A DNA stretch of 63,824 nt, counting the filler, from Octopus bimaculoides (taxonomy: Eukaryota): assembly GCF_001194135.2 (NCBI RefSeq). It is 5 parts of 5 records of this genome, joined end to end, with 100 filler letters (N's around TTAATTAATTAA, not from the genome) between each part and the next. Parts side by side here need not be neighbours in the genome. Positions count along the whole stretch, not along the records: positions 18,623 to 43,390 come from NC_068984.1; positions 43,491 to 60,170 come from NC_068982.1; 3 more parts are not named here. One strand, written 5' to 3'. Position 1 is the stretch's first letter; every line of letters starts with the position of its first letter. Below are positions 35,840 to 48,504 of this stretch, one piece after another. The notes under the pieces are model-generated. The model searched no databases. It was not told the DNA's origin and saw only the letters and a program-made list of their open reading frames with translations. Made by a program: the position numbers and the translations under genes.

Positions 35840-38070
35840 TCTTTGAAGAGATTTTTTTCCGATGAGAAAACTTCATAAATATAGTTAGTTTAAAAGGTAT
35901 CAAAGAACTGAATGTTTTACATCTGAAGTTAATTAAATTTAAGTATTTTCTAATTTAATTAAATTTTAGATTTAAGTTAAATCTTAGTGAAATATCAGCT
36001 TGAACATATTTAAGAAATTTCTGTCCTACAATTTTTAATTCTTCAAATATTGAACTTGTAGCTTTTACATATTCTTAAGAATATGGAAATGTATCTGATA
36101 TATTCTAAGTCCTTCACTCTTCAACAACTTCTCTGGGAAGTAAATTTTCAGAGAGTGTACATCCTGCTCTACGATGTTTGTCATCACAACAGATTCGGCA
36201 TTTTAAATACCACTAAGATTTCCTATTCATATTAAGTATCCAGATAAAATAGGCAAAGTTTTACCTACAAGATATGTTGAAGGCAACACTCCAAACTAAT
36301 GAACCAGTTGTCTATTCTACAGCACTATCTCCGCTTACAGTACTGATAACTATTTATAGGTAAATCGACTTGATTACTGAATGTAGAGAATCTGGGTCTT
36401 AGTGCTTGTAACAGGTTGTGAATCTCCCACTCGTCGGTTAATAATCTTATATTATTTTCACACGTATATCTGCGATTCACTAAACAAGATAAAATACAGC
36501 AAACAAATTTTAACGCAGATTTAAAAGCAAAATGTTTATGCTCTCTTTATATAAATGATTTCATATTATGCTGTGTTTAAACTGAGACTCGTCGACAGTA
36601 TTTTAAGTAAATACTGGAAAATTCCATTAATCATATTTTCTTCAAATAAAGAACCGTTGCGCTTTTTCAGTTGCTTTGATAAGTTATCCGGAAAATTTAC
36701 ATAAAAGTATTCTGTTGAAATATCTTCAAATATCATATTTTAAAATGTTATTTCTATATAATACAACTGATAAACTAATTACACATTTTCATACAGAAAT
36801 AGTCAAATACTAAATATCGCCAATTTCTGCGGAATATTCATAATTAATTGTATAAATATCCAGAATGTTTTCCCAGTTATTCAATCACTAATTCCAGTGG
36901 TATGGCAAGGTTATATTAGTTTTGAAGATCCCAAATGAAGGTAAAACGACGTGGGTAGCTGACCGTACTTGTTGGGGGGAAAATAATAGTAACCAGTAAC
37001 TAATATTTTTAATTTTTTCCCCAAATATTCTATCTTACTTCAACCGTTTCAGAAAAAACATTTGAACAACTTAACAGTGTTTCTTAATAGGTTATTAACC
37101 CTTTTCTTTTCAATAAGACAATATATAATATTGTATGAGATTTAGGTTTTACTCAAGTTATTCCCGTAAGAAATAAGAATTCGCCACGCTGCTAGTAGCA
37201 ACGAGGTTGCAAATGTGGACATCATTAACAAAATTACCGACATAATACACTAATTCCGTTTAGCTATTCTGTTCTTTTTTGGTTAACATCATGTTTCCTT
37301 AACAACTTCAGGATAAATTGCTTTTGTTCTAATATGCATCTATTTTAATGCTTCAGATATGTGGATAAGATTGTATTGATAGGTTCGGAGAATACTGTGC
37401 TAATTATTGATAATGGTAATTTCTTTTCAATTATGATGCTAGTATCCTTTTCAATTATGATGCTAGTATCCTTTTCAATTATGATGCTAGTATCCTTGTA
37501 AATAAAATAATCACATACACTTCGTGCAATAAATGTGAAACTTTTGAAGCATTGCTACTGCTTCAATACTAGTGAAGAGGTCTTTATGCAATAGTCAAAC
37601 AACCATTAACTTTGTACTTTAATTTTGTATCCACTAGATTACCTCAGAAATCCTCTATAGTCTTGTGAATAGAAGAATTTATCATAGGCTTTAGATTTAA
37701 AATTGAAATTAATTCATCTACCAACATACTGAATTACATTTGATTTCTTTTTATCGCCGTTTAAGTAGTATGTATACACCATAACTTTTCAAAACGTTAT
37801 CCAAAGTAGTCATCCAAAATGAACCATTCAGTTTCATTAATTTTCATTACTTCAGAAGTCAAAGATCTTCATTTCTGTTACATATTTTACTAAAACAAAA
37901 ACTTCTCTCTAACAGTCTAGCAAGTTTTCTTAAAATATTTCTTAGCTTATTGATTTCATTTGGAAGCAAGGCACTGCTTCTGTATTTGAATTCAAGAAAT
38001 CTTAACTTAGATTTTACATGTTTGGGAAGTATGTGAACGTCTTTATCTTTTACTTTCATATATACAAATT
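35840..38070 (-). pseudogene. Candidate endogenous viral element: decayed Mononegavirales-like L (RdRp) gene
   Basis: Minus-strand motifs in the expected order across frameshifts: ILPKHVKSKL, PKK..AKRN*CIMS, DLQN*YNLA, NLR*NLF, GDSQ (36427-36416), L*AEI..RQL..GVLPS. Identified by eye; unconfirmed. Confidence 0.4.
37423..37496. repeat. 24-bp tandem repeat x3
   Basis: TTTTCAATTATGATGCTAGTATCC three times; it is frame-preserving on the minus strand (EKDTSIII x3). Confidence 0.95.
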
Positions 38071-38689
38071 TGCTTATAATATCAAGCTGACGATCTTGTT
38101 TAGATCGTCAACTTGAGATTACAAGCAATGTTCAATTTAAAATAACCTACACTATTGGAAATAACATGTTAATATGTCTTGAAGCGATGTGATATTCAGG
38201 ATGAGTGAGTCGATGAAGAGAAAAGAGATTTGAAATCAATAATATATCTAAAAGCAGTAGACACTATAGAGCAACAGTGTATTCTCTGTTTGCTATATAT
38301 GTGACTCAGTTTCAATGAATGAATTGAGCTACACCAGTGGCCATGTAAAAGTAATGAAATTGCTTGCTTCGGGAAAGTAACAGTTATTGAATTTAAAGTT
38401 TTACTCTAGAAACAGTATAAAAATACATGGATATATTAAAATAACTGCTTCTGAATAGAAAAAAAAGCATGTAATATATATTGTATAATTTACTATTGAT
38501 ATAACATCCAATTTAATATATGGTATATTACTTAACAGCGAGAAAAATATGGGCAAACTTCTACCTGTTCAACGTTAACATACAATACAACGTTGATAAG
38601 TTTTCTGATGCCACTTACAATTTCAGCCTGATGACCAAAGTAATGCATCAGCTAGCAACCGAACGTTCAACAGGCAACGGCTGTATGCG

Positions 38690-38915
38690 GTGAACAAGAT
38701 CACCTATCTGAGAAGTACACTTGCGCAAACTGTTGTTTTCGATAATCAAATAAATGCCAGACCTGCCAAAATCAATGCTACATTCGGTAAACCTCACAAG
38801 AATATGTGGAAAAGGACAGACATGACTCCTGAAACCATATTAAGGTGTATCAGACTGTAATTTTCACTACACTTCTCTATTTCTGTGAAGCGTTGACTGT
38901 GTACCTTTCTAGGCT
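38690..38915 (+). mobile_element. RTE/BovB-like LINE internal fragment
   Basis: ITYLRSTLAQTVVFDNQINARPAKINATFGKPHKNMWKRTDMTPETIL..VYQTVIFTTLLYFCEALTVY matches F.YLGS....EIN.RIAKA..AFG.L...W....TK.KVY...TLLY.CE.WT. Confidence 0.85.
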
Positions 38916-40477
38916 AAATGTGGCCCATTCTGAGCAATTCCTGTAATCAACTTTTTTTTTCTTTTTTGGAATATTTTGTAATTTTTACCGCGAAATAATT
39001 GATTCCGAAACTTCTGAATTTTACATTACCAATTATCAGATTTGTGTCTCCAGATAGTTTTGTAGCATCCTGCTGCTTTCAGTGTTAAGTATAACTTCAG
39101 AAACTTTTTTCGATATATTTATACTTCAGAGTCAATATTAACAGTTTCAGGTTAGTAACTCATCAAAGCTACTGATGAGACCAACGTTATACAGTCTTGC
39201 CGATTGCTTCACTGAATTTAGCAGAGTTATGTGGAAATGAGACCAACATATAACAGTTTTCTGGTAAAATAATGTGTTGTGTAGTTTTAGATAATTAGAA
39301 TAATTATTATTATTGATATTTTCTATTGAAAATAGAAGTAAATAAATTACATTGATGTAGCCAGTGGGGAATTTTTGTGGGTTTTTTTGTGGGCGGACAG
39401 CCCAAGTGAGCCCTGAATGAGAAAACGTACAGCTATAAGTGATCCAGCTATGAACATTCCGTCCTTATGTCTTGAGTAATAAAAAGGGAATAGATTTTCC
39501 AGTGTTGCTCTTTCCTTTTTCAATCAGTAATATTATGACCTGACAGATATTGATTTCTATTTCTAACATGTTGGTCTCCCTTGTTGTATTCGAAAGGTTC
39601 CATCATTTACTTGTTGTTACAATTTTCTTTTGAATATTTATAAACCAAGATTTATATTTAGACCTATGAATACTATTATTTACAAAAAAATACTAGGCAA
39701 TGAACCAGTAATTCATTGGATATTACTATCCAAAGTAATGTCTTCTTCATGTTCCGATGACGAAACTCCAATTACACCTAATATGTGCTAATTGGAAGTA
39801 GAATTAATAAAATGTGATTAACATAATTACAGAGTGCAAATCAGAAAAGCCAGTTTACAGTTACAAATATGACAGTCTAAGCACTGAAAATGCTGTTTAA
39901 TTTCATGTGGAATTAATCCTTTTAATGCGAGTAAAATACACAGACATATTCTGTAAGTCATTTGCTTGTTTCATTCATTAAACCACACCTAGTGCATCGC
40001 TTAAGAGTTTACTCGATCAAAGTGATTCCAGTACTTACTTTAAGCGTATTACTTATTCTATTAGAAACTTAATGCCGGATCACTAAGATAGAGAAGCATA
40101 AACCATGTCCGTTTTTTTTGTTTGTTTTTTGTTGATGATTTTTGTTTTTGTTCTTTGTTTCTTTTTAACAAAATAGTTAACTATTAATGGTAAGGTACTA
40201 TGAATATATTTTCTCAGCAAACATTTCTTGTGGTGAACTTTCCTCGCGGTGAATTTTCTTCACGGTGAACTGATGGTGAATTGATGGCGATAAACTTACT
40301 GTAAAACTCTAACAATGTGCGACAACGGCTGCAAATTTTTCACAAGAAATGGCAGGAGTTCAACATCATTAAACAACTTGCGGGTGTTTGCAATATAATA
40401 TAATAATTTACACATGTATGTAAATTTCAAATTAAATTTTCTTTCACTACTCCTCTTACTGCTGCTACTACTACTAC

Positions 40478-40544
<67 letters not shown>

Positions 40545-40549
<5 letters not shown>

Positions 40550-41998
40550 CAGGATATAGGATGCACCACCCAAAATCTGACATAGAAAGGCTATATATAC
40601 AACGCACAGAAGGTGGCAGGGGTCTTATACAGCTAGAAAACTATTATAAAATAACCNNNNNNNNNNNNNNNNNNNNNNNNNNNNNNNNNNNNNNNNNNNN
40701 NNNNNNNNNNNNNNNNNNNNNNNNNNNNNNNNNNNNNNNNNNNNNNNNNNNNNNNNNNNNNNNNNNNNNNNNNNNNNNNNNNNNNNNNNNNNNNNNNNNN
40801 NNNNNNNNNNNNNNNNNNNNNNNNNNNNNNNNNNNNNNNNNNNNNNNNNNNNNNNNNNNNNNNNNNNNNNNNNNNNNNNNNNNNNNNNNNNNNNNNNNNN
40901 NNNNNNNNNNNNNNNNNNNNNNNNNNNNNNNNNNNNNNNNNNNNNNNNNNNNNNNNNNNNNNNNNNNNNNNNNNNNNNNNNNNNNNNNNNNNNNNNNNNN
41001 NNNNNNNNNNNNNNNNNNNNNNNNNNNNNNNNNNNNNNNNNNNNNNNNNNNNNNNNNNNNNNNNNNNNNNNNNNNNNNNNNNNNNNNNNNNNNNNNNNNN
41101 NNNNNNNNNNNNNNNNNNNNNNNNNNNNNNNNNNNNNNNNNNNNNNNNNNNNNNNNNNNNNNNNNNNNNNNNNNNNNNNNNNNNNNNNNNNNNNNNNNNN
41201 NNNNNNNNNNNNNNNNNNNNNNNNNNNNNNNNNNNNNNNNNNNNNNNNNNNNNNNNNNNNNNNNNNNNNNNNNNNNNNNNNNNNNNNNNNNNNNNNNNNN
41301 NNNNNNNNNNNNNNNNNNNNNNNNNNNNNNNNNNNNNNNNNNNNNNNNNNNNNNNNNNNNNNNNNNNNNNNNNNNNNNNNNNNNNNNNNNNNNNNNNNNN
41401 NNNNNNNNNNNNNNNNNNNNNNNNNNNNNNNNNNNNNNNNNNNNNNNNNNNNNNNNNNNNNNNNNNNNNNNNNNNNNNNNNNNNNNNNNNNNNNNNNNNN
41501 NNNNNNNNNNNNNNNNNNNNNNNNNNNNNNNNNNNNNNNNNNNNNNNNNNNNNNNNNNNNNNNNNNNNNNNNNNNNNNNNNNNNNNNNNNNNNNNNNNNN
41601 NNNNNNNNNNNNNNNNNNNNNNNNNNNNNNNNNNNNNNNNNNNNNNNNNNAAAAGAAATGGAAAAACTTTCAAAATACAAAGACCTGGAAATAGAGGTAA
41701 CTCGAATGTGGAATCTAAAAACAGAAACAATTCCTATCATAGTAGGTGCCTTAGGTATAATTAAAAAAATAGTCAGACAAATACATAACAAAAACACCAG
41801 GACTTACAAATATATATAACATACAGAAAATTGCACTACTGGGTACTGCACACATTCTACGCAAAACACTTTCAATACAGTAAACATGAGAGCACCACAG
41901 CAAACCACAGCACATACCCAAGGCGCACAGAGCTGCGTTCGGTAGTGAAGTGAAAGCACGTTATAAAAATAAAACTACTGAACAATAATAATAATAAT
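40545..41998 (+). mobile_element. 5'-truncated R4/Dong element (family B) inserted in a (TAA)n tract; middle lies in a gap
   Basis: MTGYRMHHPKSDIERLYIQRTEGGRGLIQLE directly after (TAA)n. After the gap: KEMEKLSKYKDLEIEVTRMWNLK..LLGTAHILRKTLSIQ*, 3' UTR, then (AAT)n. Confidence 0.9.
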
Positions 41999-42305
41999 AG
42001 TACTTGATCTCTTACACTATTAATGAACTGTAAAGGATAATGGCATTGCATTGTCCTGAAGAGATACTTCCATTATATAGCTCCCTATATTTCATCTTCC
42101 TTCAATAAATAACAATATAATTCGTACTGATGAGATCTAAGACGACGGAAGCAGCTACCTGTTTAAATGGTTAAAGGAAATATTATATGATAGAAAAGTT
42201 TATCATATTATTAATGAATATATTTTGGTTCCTGTCGCTAACCAAACAGAAACTTGCTATGGAGAACAGCTAATCAACTAAGAGATTACATATACATATA
42301 TATGT

Positions 42306-42821
42306 ATATATAAGAGTTGAACAAGACAGCAAACATTAAGGCAAGGCAAACATCTCAAATCATATACAATATTATTAAGAAATTCAAAATCTTACAGCTG
42401 TTTCTGAGATATCCCCGAGTATGGGATATTCCGTCATCAGAGACAAATAGGGAAAAAATAGGGAAAATGAGAATGGTATATATTAATTAGATGACGACAT
42501 AGAGGAAAGGAGTAAAAGAATAAGGAGATCCATCTCCTTATTCTTTCCATCTCCTTGTTCTTTCCATCTCCTTATTCTTTCCATCTCCTTGTTCTTTCCA
42601 TCTCCTTATTCTTTTACTCCCTTCCTCTACGTCAACTTATTAATATATACCATTCTCATTTTCCCTATTTTTTTCCATATTTGTCTCTGAAGACGGAATA
42701 TCCCATACTCGGGGATATCCCAAAAACAACTGTAAGATTTTTAATTTCTAGATAATATTGTATATGACTTGAGATGTTTGCCTTGCCTTAATGTTTGCTG
42801 TCCTGTTTAACAATTATATAT
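42306..42821. mobile_element. Fold-back element (arms ~220 bp) with a hammerhead fold in each arm and a central 17-bp x5 minisatellite
   Basis: Arms at about 42306-42529 and 42600-42821. The minus-strand left arm reads CTGATGA..ATATCCC/GGGATAT..GAAACAGCTGTAAG. Confidence 0.8.
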
Positions 42822-42844
42822 CCGCTGCATCGGAAATCTGCAAT

Positions 42845-43350
42845 GTTCCATAACTACCGTCTTGAGAACTTCCCTGGACGATATACGACAGCCTTAAAGC
42901 GTTTAACAACACACATACCTTGAGTATGTGACATTGATATACACATGCACACACATACTTGTACAGTCACCTTGATAGTGAACACAGGAATGTTAGTCGA
43001 CCGTGGCTCAGATATAAGGACAAGCCAAAGACTAACCTCTCGGTAGTCATCATAGCTTACAACACCTTTGAGCAAATAACCTTGAAGCGAACAAAATGGA
43101 GGTCGTCGTGTCAAAATGGTATAAAACACATTGTTTCAACCAGCATTAACAGACTTAGAAGTGCGAGGCAAAGGAGAAAAGCGGCTGCAAATAAACCGCC
43201 AGCACTGACCCATAATCCTCATACTTTCAACATCTGCGGGCTTCTTTGCAAATCGTTGGTAGGACTCAAATGTTACATTCGACAAACATCATGACTGACA
43301 AAGTGAGTGTAGGTTGTCGGATACTCATACGTCGAAACCGGCTGGAGAGT
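42845..43350 (+). mobile_element. RTE/BovB-like LINE 3' end
   Basis: LYSHLDSEHRNVSRPWLRYKDKPKTNL..FEQITLKRTKWRSSCQNG..RQRRK..NICGLLCKSLVGLKCYIR matches the RTE C-terminus with a terminal C2H2-like motif. Confidence 0.88.
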
Positions 43351-43390
43351 TCATCATATATATACGTGTGTGTGTGTGTGTGTGTGTGTG

Positions 43391-43490
43391 NNNNNNNNNN
43401 NNNNNNNNNNNNNNNNNNNNNNNNNNNNNNNNNNTTAATTAATTAANNNNNNNNNNNNNNNNNNNNNNNNNNNNNNNNNNNNNNNNNNNN
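43391..43490. other. Artificial scaffold linker N44-TTAATTAATTAA-N44
   Basis: Same 100-bp construct as 18523-18622. Confidence 0.95.
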
Positions 43491-43532
43491 TATATATATA
43501 TATATATTAAGGATAAGAATCACGTTAATAAT

Positions 43533-43592
<60 letters not shown>

Positions 43593-43601
43593 ATATATAA
43601 T

Positions 43602-43903
43602 AAAAATAAGCAACGGGATATCAAGAAGTGATGCAGTACGACCATTTCAAGCGGATCCATTTAATTGAACAATGCAATTATTACATCAATTTAAAGGCAG
43701 AGCCATCCTCAGCTGCATAAATAAATAAAAAGAATTTTTAATCAGTTTGACACATTAATATAATTTTGCTCAAATGCTCTAACATTTATGCAGCTGAAGA
43801 TAGCCCTGCATTTAAATTGATGTAATGATTGCTCTGTTCAATTAAATGGAGCCGCTTGAAACGATCGTACGGCATCAGCCGTTGATATCCTGTTGTTTAT
43901 TTT
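43602..43903. mobile_element. Fold-back element (arms ~120 bp, 61-nt spacer) with a hammerhead fold in each arm
   Basis: Right arm (+): ATGCAG CTGAAGA [long stem II] GAAAC GATC GTA CGGCAT. Left arm (-): ATGCAG CTGAGGA..GAAAT GGTC GTA CTGCAT. Confidence 0.8.
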
Positions 43904-43999
43904 GGTTGTATTCACCTTACTTTGGGTTGTACGGATACACTGATTTGGTGCTTGAATTTAAGTACCTAATTCATCTGAATCACAATTATATATATATAA

Positions 44000-44195
44000 T
44001 TGAGTAGTACCTGAGTAGTACCTGTATTTCAAATGACCGGCCTCGTCACACTTTGAGTCACGCTGAATATTCCTGAGAATTACGTTAAGGGTACACGTGT
44101 CTGTGGAGTGCGCAGCCACTTGCACGTTAATTTCACGAGAAAGCAGTCTGTTCTGTTGATCGTATCAGCTGGGACCCTCGTCGTCATAACCGACG
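44000..44195 (-). mobile_element. SINE-like repeat 3' part with an (AGGTACTACTC)n tail
   Basis: Reverse complement is colinear with 57297-57455; the tail unit GAGTAGTACCT occurs twice. Confidence 0.7.
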
Positions 44196-44222
44196 GAGTG
44201 CTCCTTTTTTATATATGTATGG

Positions 44223-44273
<51 letters not shown>

Positions 44274-46594
44274 TACACACACGTGCATACACAAGCCCAC
44301 ACACATACGTATACTTACAGACAGTGTGAAAAGAGTGCTCTTCTTGATACTTGAAACATTTCTAACTGTGGATACTCAAAATTTCTTAATGTATCGAACA
44401 CAGTCATGGAAACACCACTGCATTCATGTCTATGGGTATATACAAACAGATATACACGCATACATACATGCGTCCATACATAGATGCATACGTACATATA
44501 TACATACAGATACTGTAGAGGAATTGAACAAGCAAAAGCAACACGAGAGATTGGGAAACAAGTTTTAACTAATATTATCTTAGTTTAACGCTTAATGAGC
44601 AAGATAAATAATCTCAACGCTTTGGATGCTAGTCGTTTGTCAGAAGGAAAGTACGAGAGGGGTTTGAAAGAGGGAAAATATTAAAAAAGGGCAAAGTTGG
44701 AAGGCTGTCCTACGAAGGGAGCTAAGAAAGGTGAAGAAGGGGTGTATATGTTTGCGTGTGCACATATAGGAGTGCATCGGAATTTTGCTATGAATATACA
44801 CGGGGAGTACCTTAGGTGTATTTGCGGCGTTTTATGCTATGTATGAATATGTGTAAAAGTGTGGAAATATGGATGTATATAGTGACGTGGGTTAGTGAAA
44901 TTGTCATATGTAGGTGTGTATATGGAATCGTTATGTGTTCAAGAAAAGCTTGGAAATGTGGGGATGTGATAGAAGTGTTTGTAAGTGTGTGGTTGTGAGA
45001 TATGTTTTGTGAGATAAGTGTATGGTTTTAATGCGGTAGAAAGTATTGACCAAGAGAGGGGAAATAGTACAATGCAACACTAGTGCAAGATAAAATGTGG
45101 CGCTAAAAATTATAGAGACGCGTGAAAGGGCAAAAGAAATAGCTGAAAGTTGAACGTAAATCGCATAAGTACAGGGGAGATTAGAGAAAAGGGAAATTTG
45201 AAAAACAAATGAACAAGTGAGTTCAGAGAAAGAGATAGAGAGAGGGGGAGAGAGAAGGCGGAGAGGGAGGGGAGAGAGATAGAAGTAGAAAGAGAGGGGA
45301 GGGGGATAGAGACAGGGAGGACGGTGAAACAATATAGAGAGAAATAAGTCAAACTTATAGAAAAATTGGTGTGGAAATTGGAGAAATTATAAGAGAAGAA
45401 TTAAATAAAAATAACCGAAATAAAACGCCGATAAAATTTAATTAAATAAAAATATGATATTGGTGAAAATTTCCGGGAGGTACTCAAGTGGTGCACAAAA
45501 TCCAAGGAGATACAAATGCTTGCATAGAGGGAGGAGCAGATAAACGTAAAGTAGCAAGCTAATGCACTTGAAAGGCAAATGTAAATATGTAAGCTCGAGA
45601 TGGAGGTTTAAGCATTTATAACGCTAGGCAAGGGAAAATATATATATGTGTTTATACAGACGTGACAGTAATGACATATATATATATATATANNNNNNNN
45701 NNNNNNNNNNNNNNNNNNNNNNNNNNNNNNNNNNNNNNNNNNNNNNNNNNNNNNNNNNNNNNNNNNNNNNNNNNNNNNNNNNNNNNNNNNNNNNNNNNNN
45801 NNNNNNNNNNNNNNNNNNNNNNNNNNNNNNNNNNNNNNNNNNNNNNNNNNNNNNNNNNNNNNNNNNNNNNNNNNNNNNNNNNNNNNNNNNNNNNNNNNNN
45901 NNNNNNNNNNNNNNNNNNNNNNNNNNNNNNNNNNNNNNNNNNNNNNNNNNNNNNNNNNNNNNNNNNNNNNNNNNNNNNNNNNNNNNNNNNNNNNNNNNNN
46001 NNNNNNNNNNNNNNNNNNNNNNNNNNNNNNNNNNNNNNNNNNNNNNNNNNNNNNNNNNNNNNNNNNNNNNNNNNNNNNNNNNNNNNNNNNNNNNNNNNNN
46101 NNNNNNNNNNNNNNNNNNNNNNNNNNNNNNNNNNNNNNNNNNNNNNNNNNNNNNNNNNNNNNNNNNNNNNNNNNNNNNNNNNNNNNNNNNNNNNNNNNNN
46201 NNNNNNNNNNNNNNNNNNNNNNNNNNNNNNNNNNNNNNNNNNNNNNNNNNNNNNNNNNNNNNNNNNNNNNNNNNNNNNNNNNNNNNNNNNNNNNNNNNNN
46301 NNNNNNNNNNNNNNNNNNNNNNNTATATATATATGTATATGTATATATGTATATGTATCTATGTATGTATATATATATACAAACAAATTTCACTGACTGC
46401 GCAAACATGCACGCACACATATCTGTCTCCTTCTCTCTCCCTTACTATTTGTGTGCCTATCTTATGCACTCATGTATATCAGCATGGCTAAATAACCATT
46501 TATTTCAGAATTAAATGTAGGGCCTGAAGTGACATGATAAATACCTTGGCACGAAACACTGTGCTTCTTAGTTACACAGGACTGGTTCTCAGCT

Positions 46595-46649
46595 CATCTA
46601 TCTATCTATCTGTCTACCTGTCTGTCTGCCTGCCTACCTGCCTGCCTGC

Positions 46650-46711
<62 letters not shown>

Positions 46712-46742
46712 GTCTTTCTTTCTTTCTTTTTTCTTTCTTTCT

Positions 46743-46773
<31 letters not shown>

Positions 46774-46935
46774 TATGTATATATATACTCTGGTCTGTGA
46801 ATTGAGTTCTATTGTTACAGTTTGTAAAAAAATCATATATATATATATATATATATATATAGACGCACATGTGTGTAAGTATATATATATGTGTGTGTAA
46901 GTATATGTATATATGTATATATATATATATATGTG
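46595..46935. repeat. Compound (TCTA)/(CCTG)/(CTTT)/(CT)/(TA) microsatellite
   Basis: Directly visible. Confidence 0.95.
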
Positions 46936-48504
46936 TGTGTGTGTGGTGTAAACGCACACACACAAACACAATATAGTGCAAGCATGTGTGTATTTATTCG
47001 TATGTCCATGAATTCATATTGTCTGTTAGAACACCAGAGTTTTGTTCCAAAAATGGTTAGAATATTAATCTTTCGAAAAATAATTATTAAGATGTATTTT
47101 TCCCTCTATAATATAATAAGAAAAAGAGCGTAAATAGAATTAAGTTAAAAACTGATAGTAAAATAGATTCAAACAGAGAATTTAACCTGAAGGCCTCCCA
47201 TTCTATTAAAATTTTCTATTTAGTTTTCTTTTATTATTGATATTATCTCGTTTAGATTCATTTTTGTGTTGAGAACAATGGTTGCGTCTTCGAGGTAAAT
47301 CTTGCCATAGTTACTAATACATAATAGTAGATTTGTTCAAACCACCGGTGTAACTCGGTGGCATATTGTTTTCAACTCAACATTACATCTGTGTTACACA
47401 TTCCAATGAGTCAGCGAAAATAGAGATACTTTTACGAGTCAACTAAATAGCAGCCGTATTTGTCGCAATTTGCAACTCAACGTATGAGATAACGAAATCT
47501 TTTAGAGAAGACCAATATGGTCATGATTACAACAGCTTCAACCGTGTCTCCTCAGCCGGAATGGAGCTGGAGGTAAACAAGAAATGCCACACAAACAGAG
47601 GATAGTATTCGACTATAAGGTAGCTTTTGATAATTCCTGACTCTGACACAAAACTGCATATTTAGAACAAAGTCTAGTCCATTTAGTTTGATCCAATACT
47701 TGACTGGTATTTTATTGATTCTAGTATAACAAAAAGCAAGTTTGCCTTTATAAGTATTTGAAAACAGAATTTAGACCAGCAACTAAATAATGGAGGGTAT
47801 TCTGCACGATGCCCCACCGATCCTGCAAATCGAGGACAAATAATGAGACCATTCTTTTCTACACCGATTATTCTCTTCAAGGTATATTTTTATAATAAAC
47901 GTATAAAGAATGGTATGGATGCTCGTTGATATATACATATCATATATAATATATATATTATATTATATATNNNNNNNNNNNNNNNNNNNNNNNNNNNNNN
48001 NNNNNNNNNNNNNNNNNNNNNNNNNNNNNNNNNNNNNNNNNNNNNNNNNNNNNNNNNNNNNNNNNNNNNNNNNNNNNNNNNNNNNNNNNNNNNNNNNNNN
48101 NNNNNNNNNNNNNNNNNNNNNNNNNNNNNNNNNNNNNNNNNNNNNNNNNNNNNNNNNNNNNNNNNNNNNNNNNNNNNNNNNNNNNNNNNNNNNNNNNNNN
48201 NNNNNNNNNNNNNNNNNNNNNNNNNNNNNNNNNNNNNNNNNNNNNNNNNNNNNNNNNNNNNNNNNNNNNNNNNNNNNNNNNNNNNNATACATATAGGATC
48301 CAGTGATCGTGGTTTAAGAAGAAAGTTAGCTTCAAGCAATTCGTGGCAAAAATTAGAAAACAACTTTCAGGGACAATAGTTGTTTATTCAGACGGAAGGT
48401 TATGGATTTTTTCGTATCGAAGTACGATAAACTGAAACGGGGTTGTCGGGTGTGCGAATAAGGATACAATAGTTAAGGAATGATGTAGATAAGATCCGAG
48501 CTAC

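Noticed and set aside
42125-42160. CTGATGAGATC..GAAGCAGCTAC hammerhead-like string
   Set aside because: The GAAA core and the stems are broken.
44640-45420. Long purine-rich block
   Set aside because: Low complexity (GA-rich); no structure or family identified.
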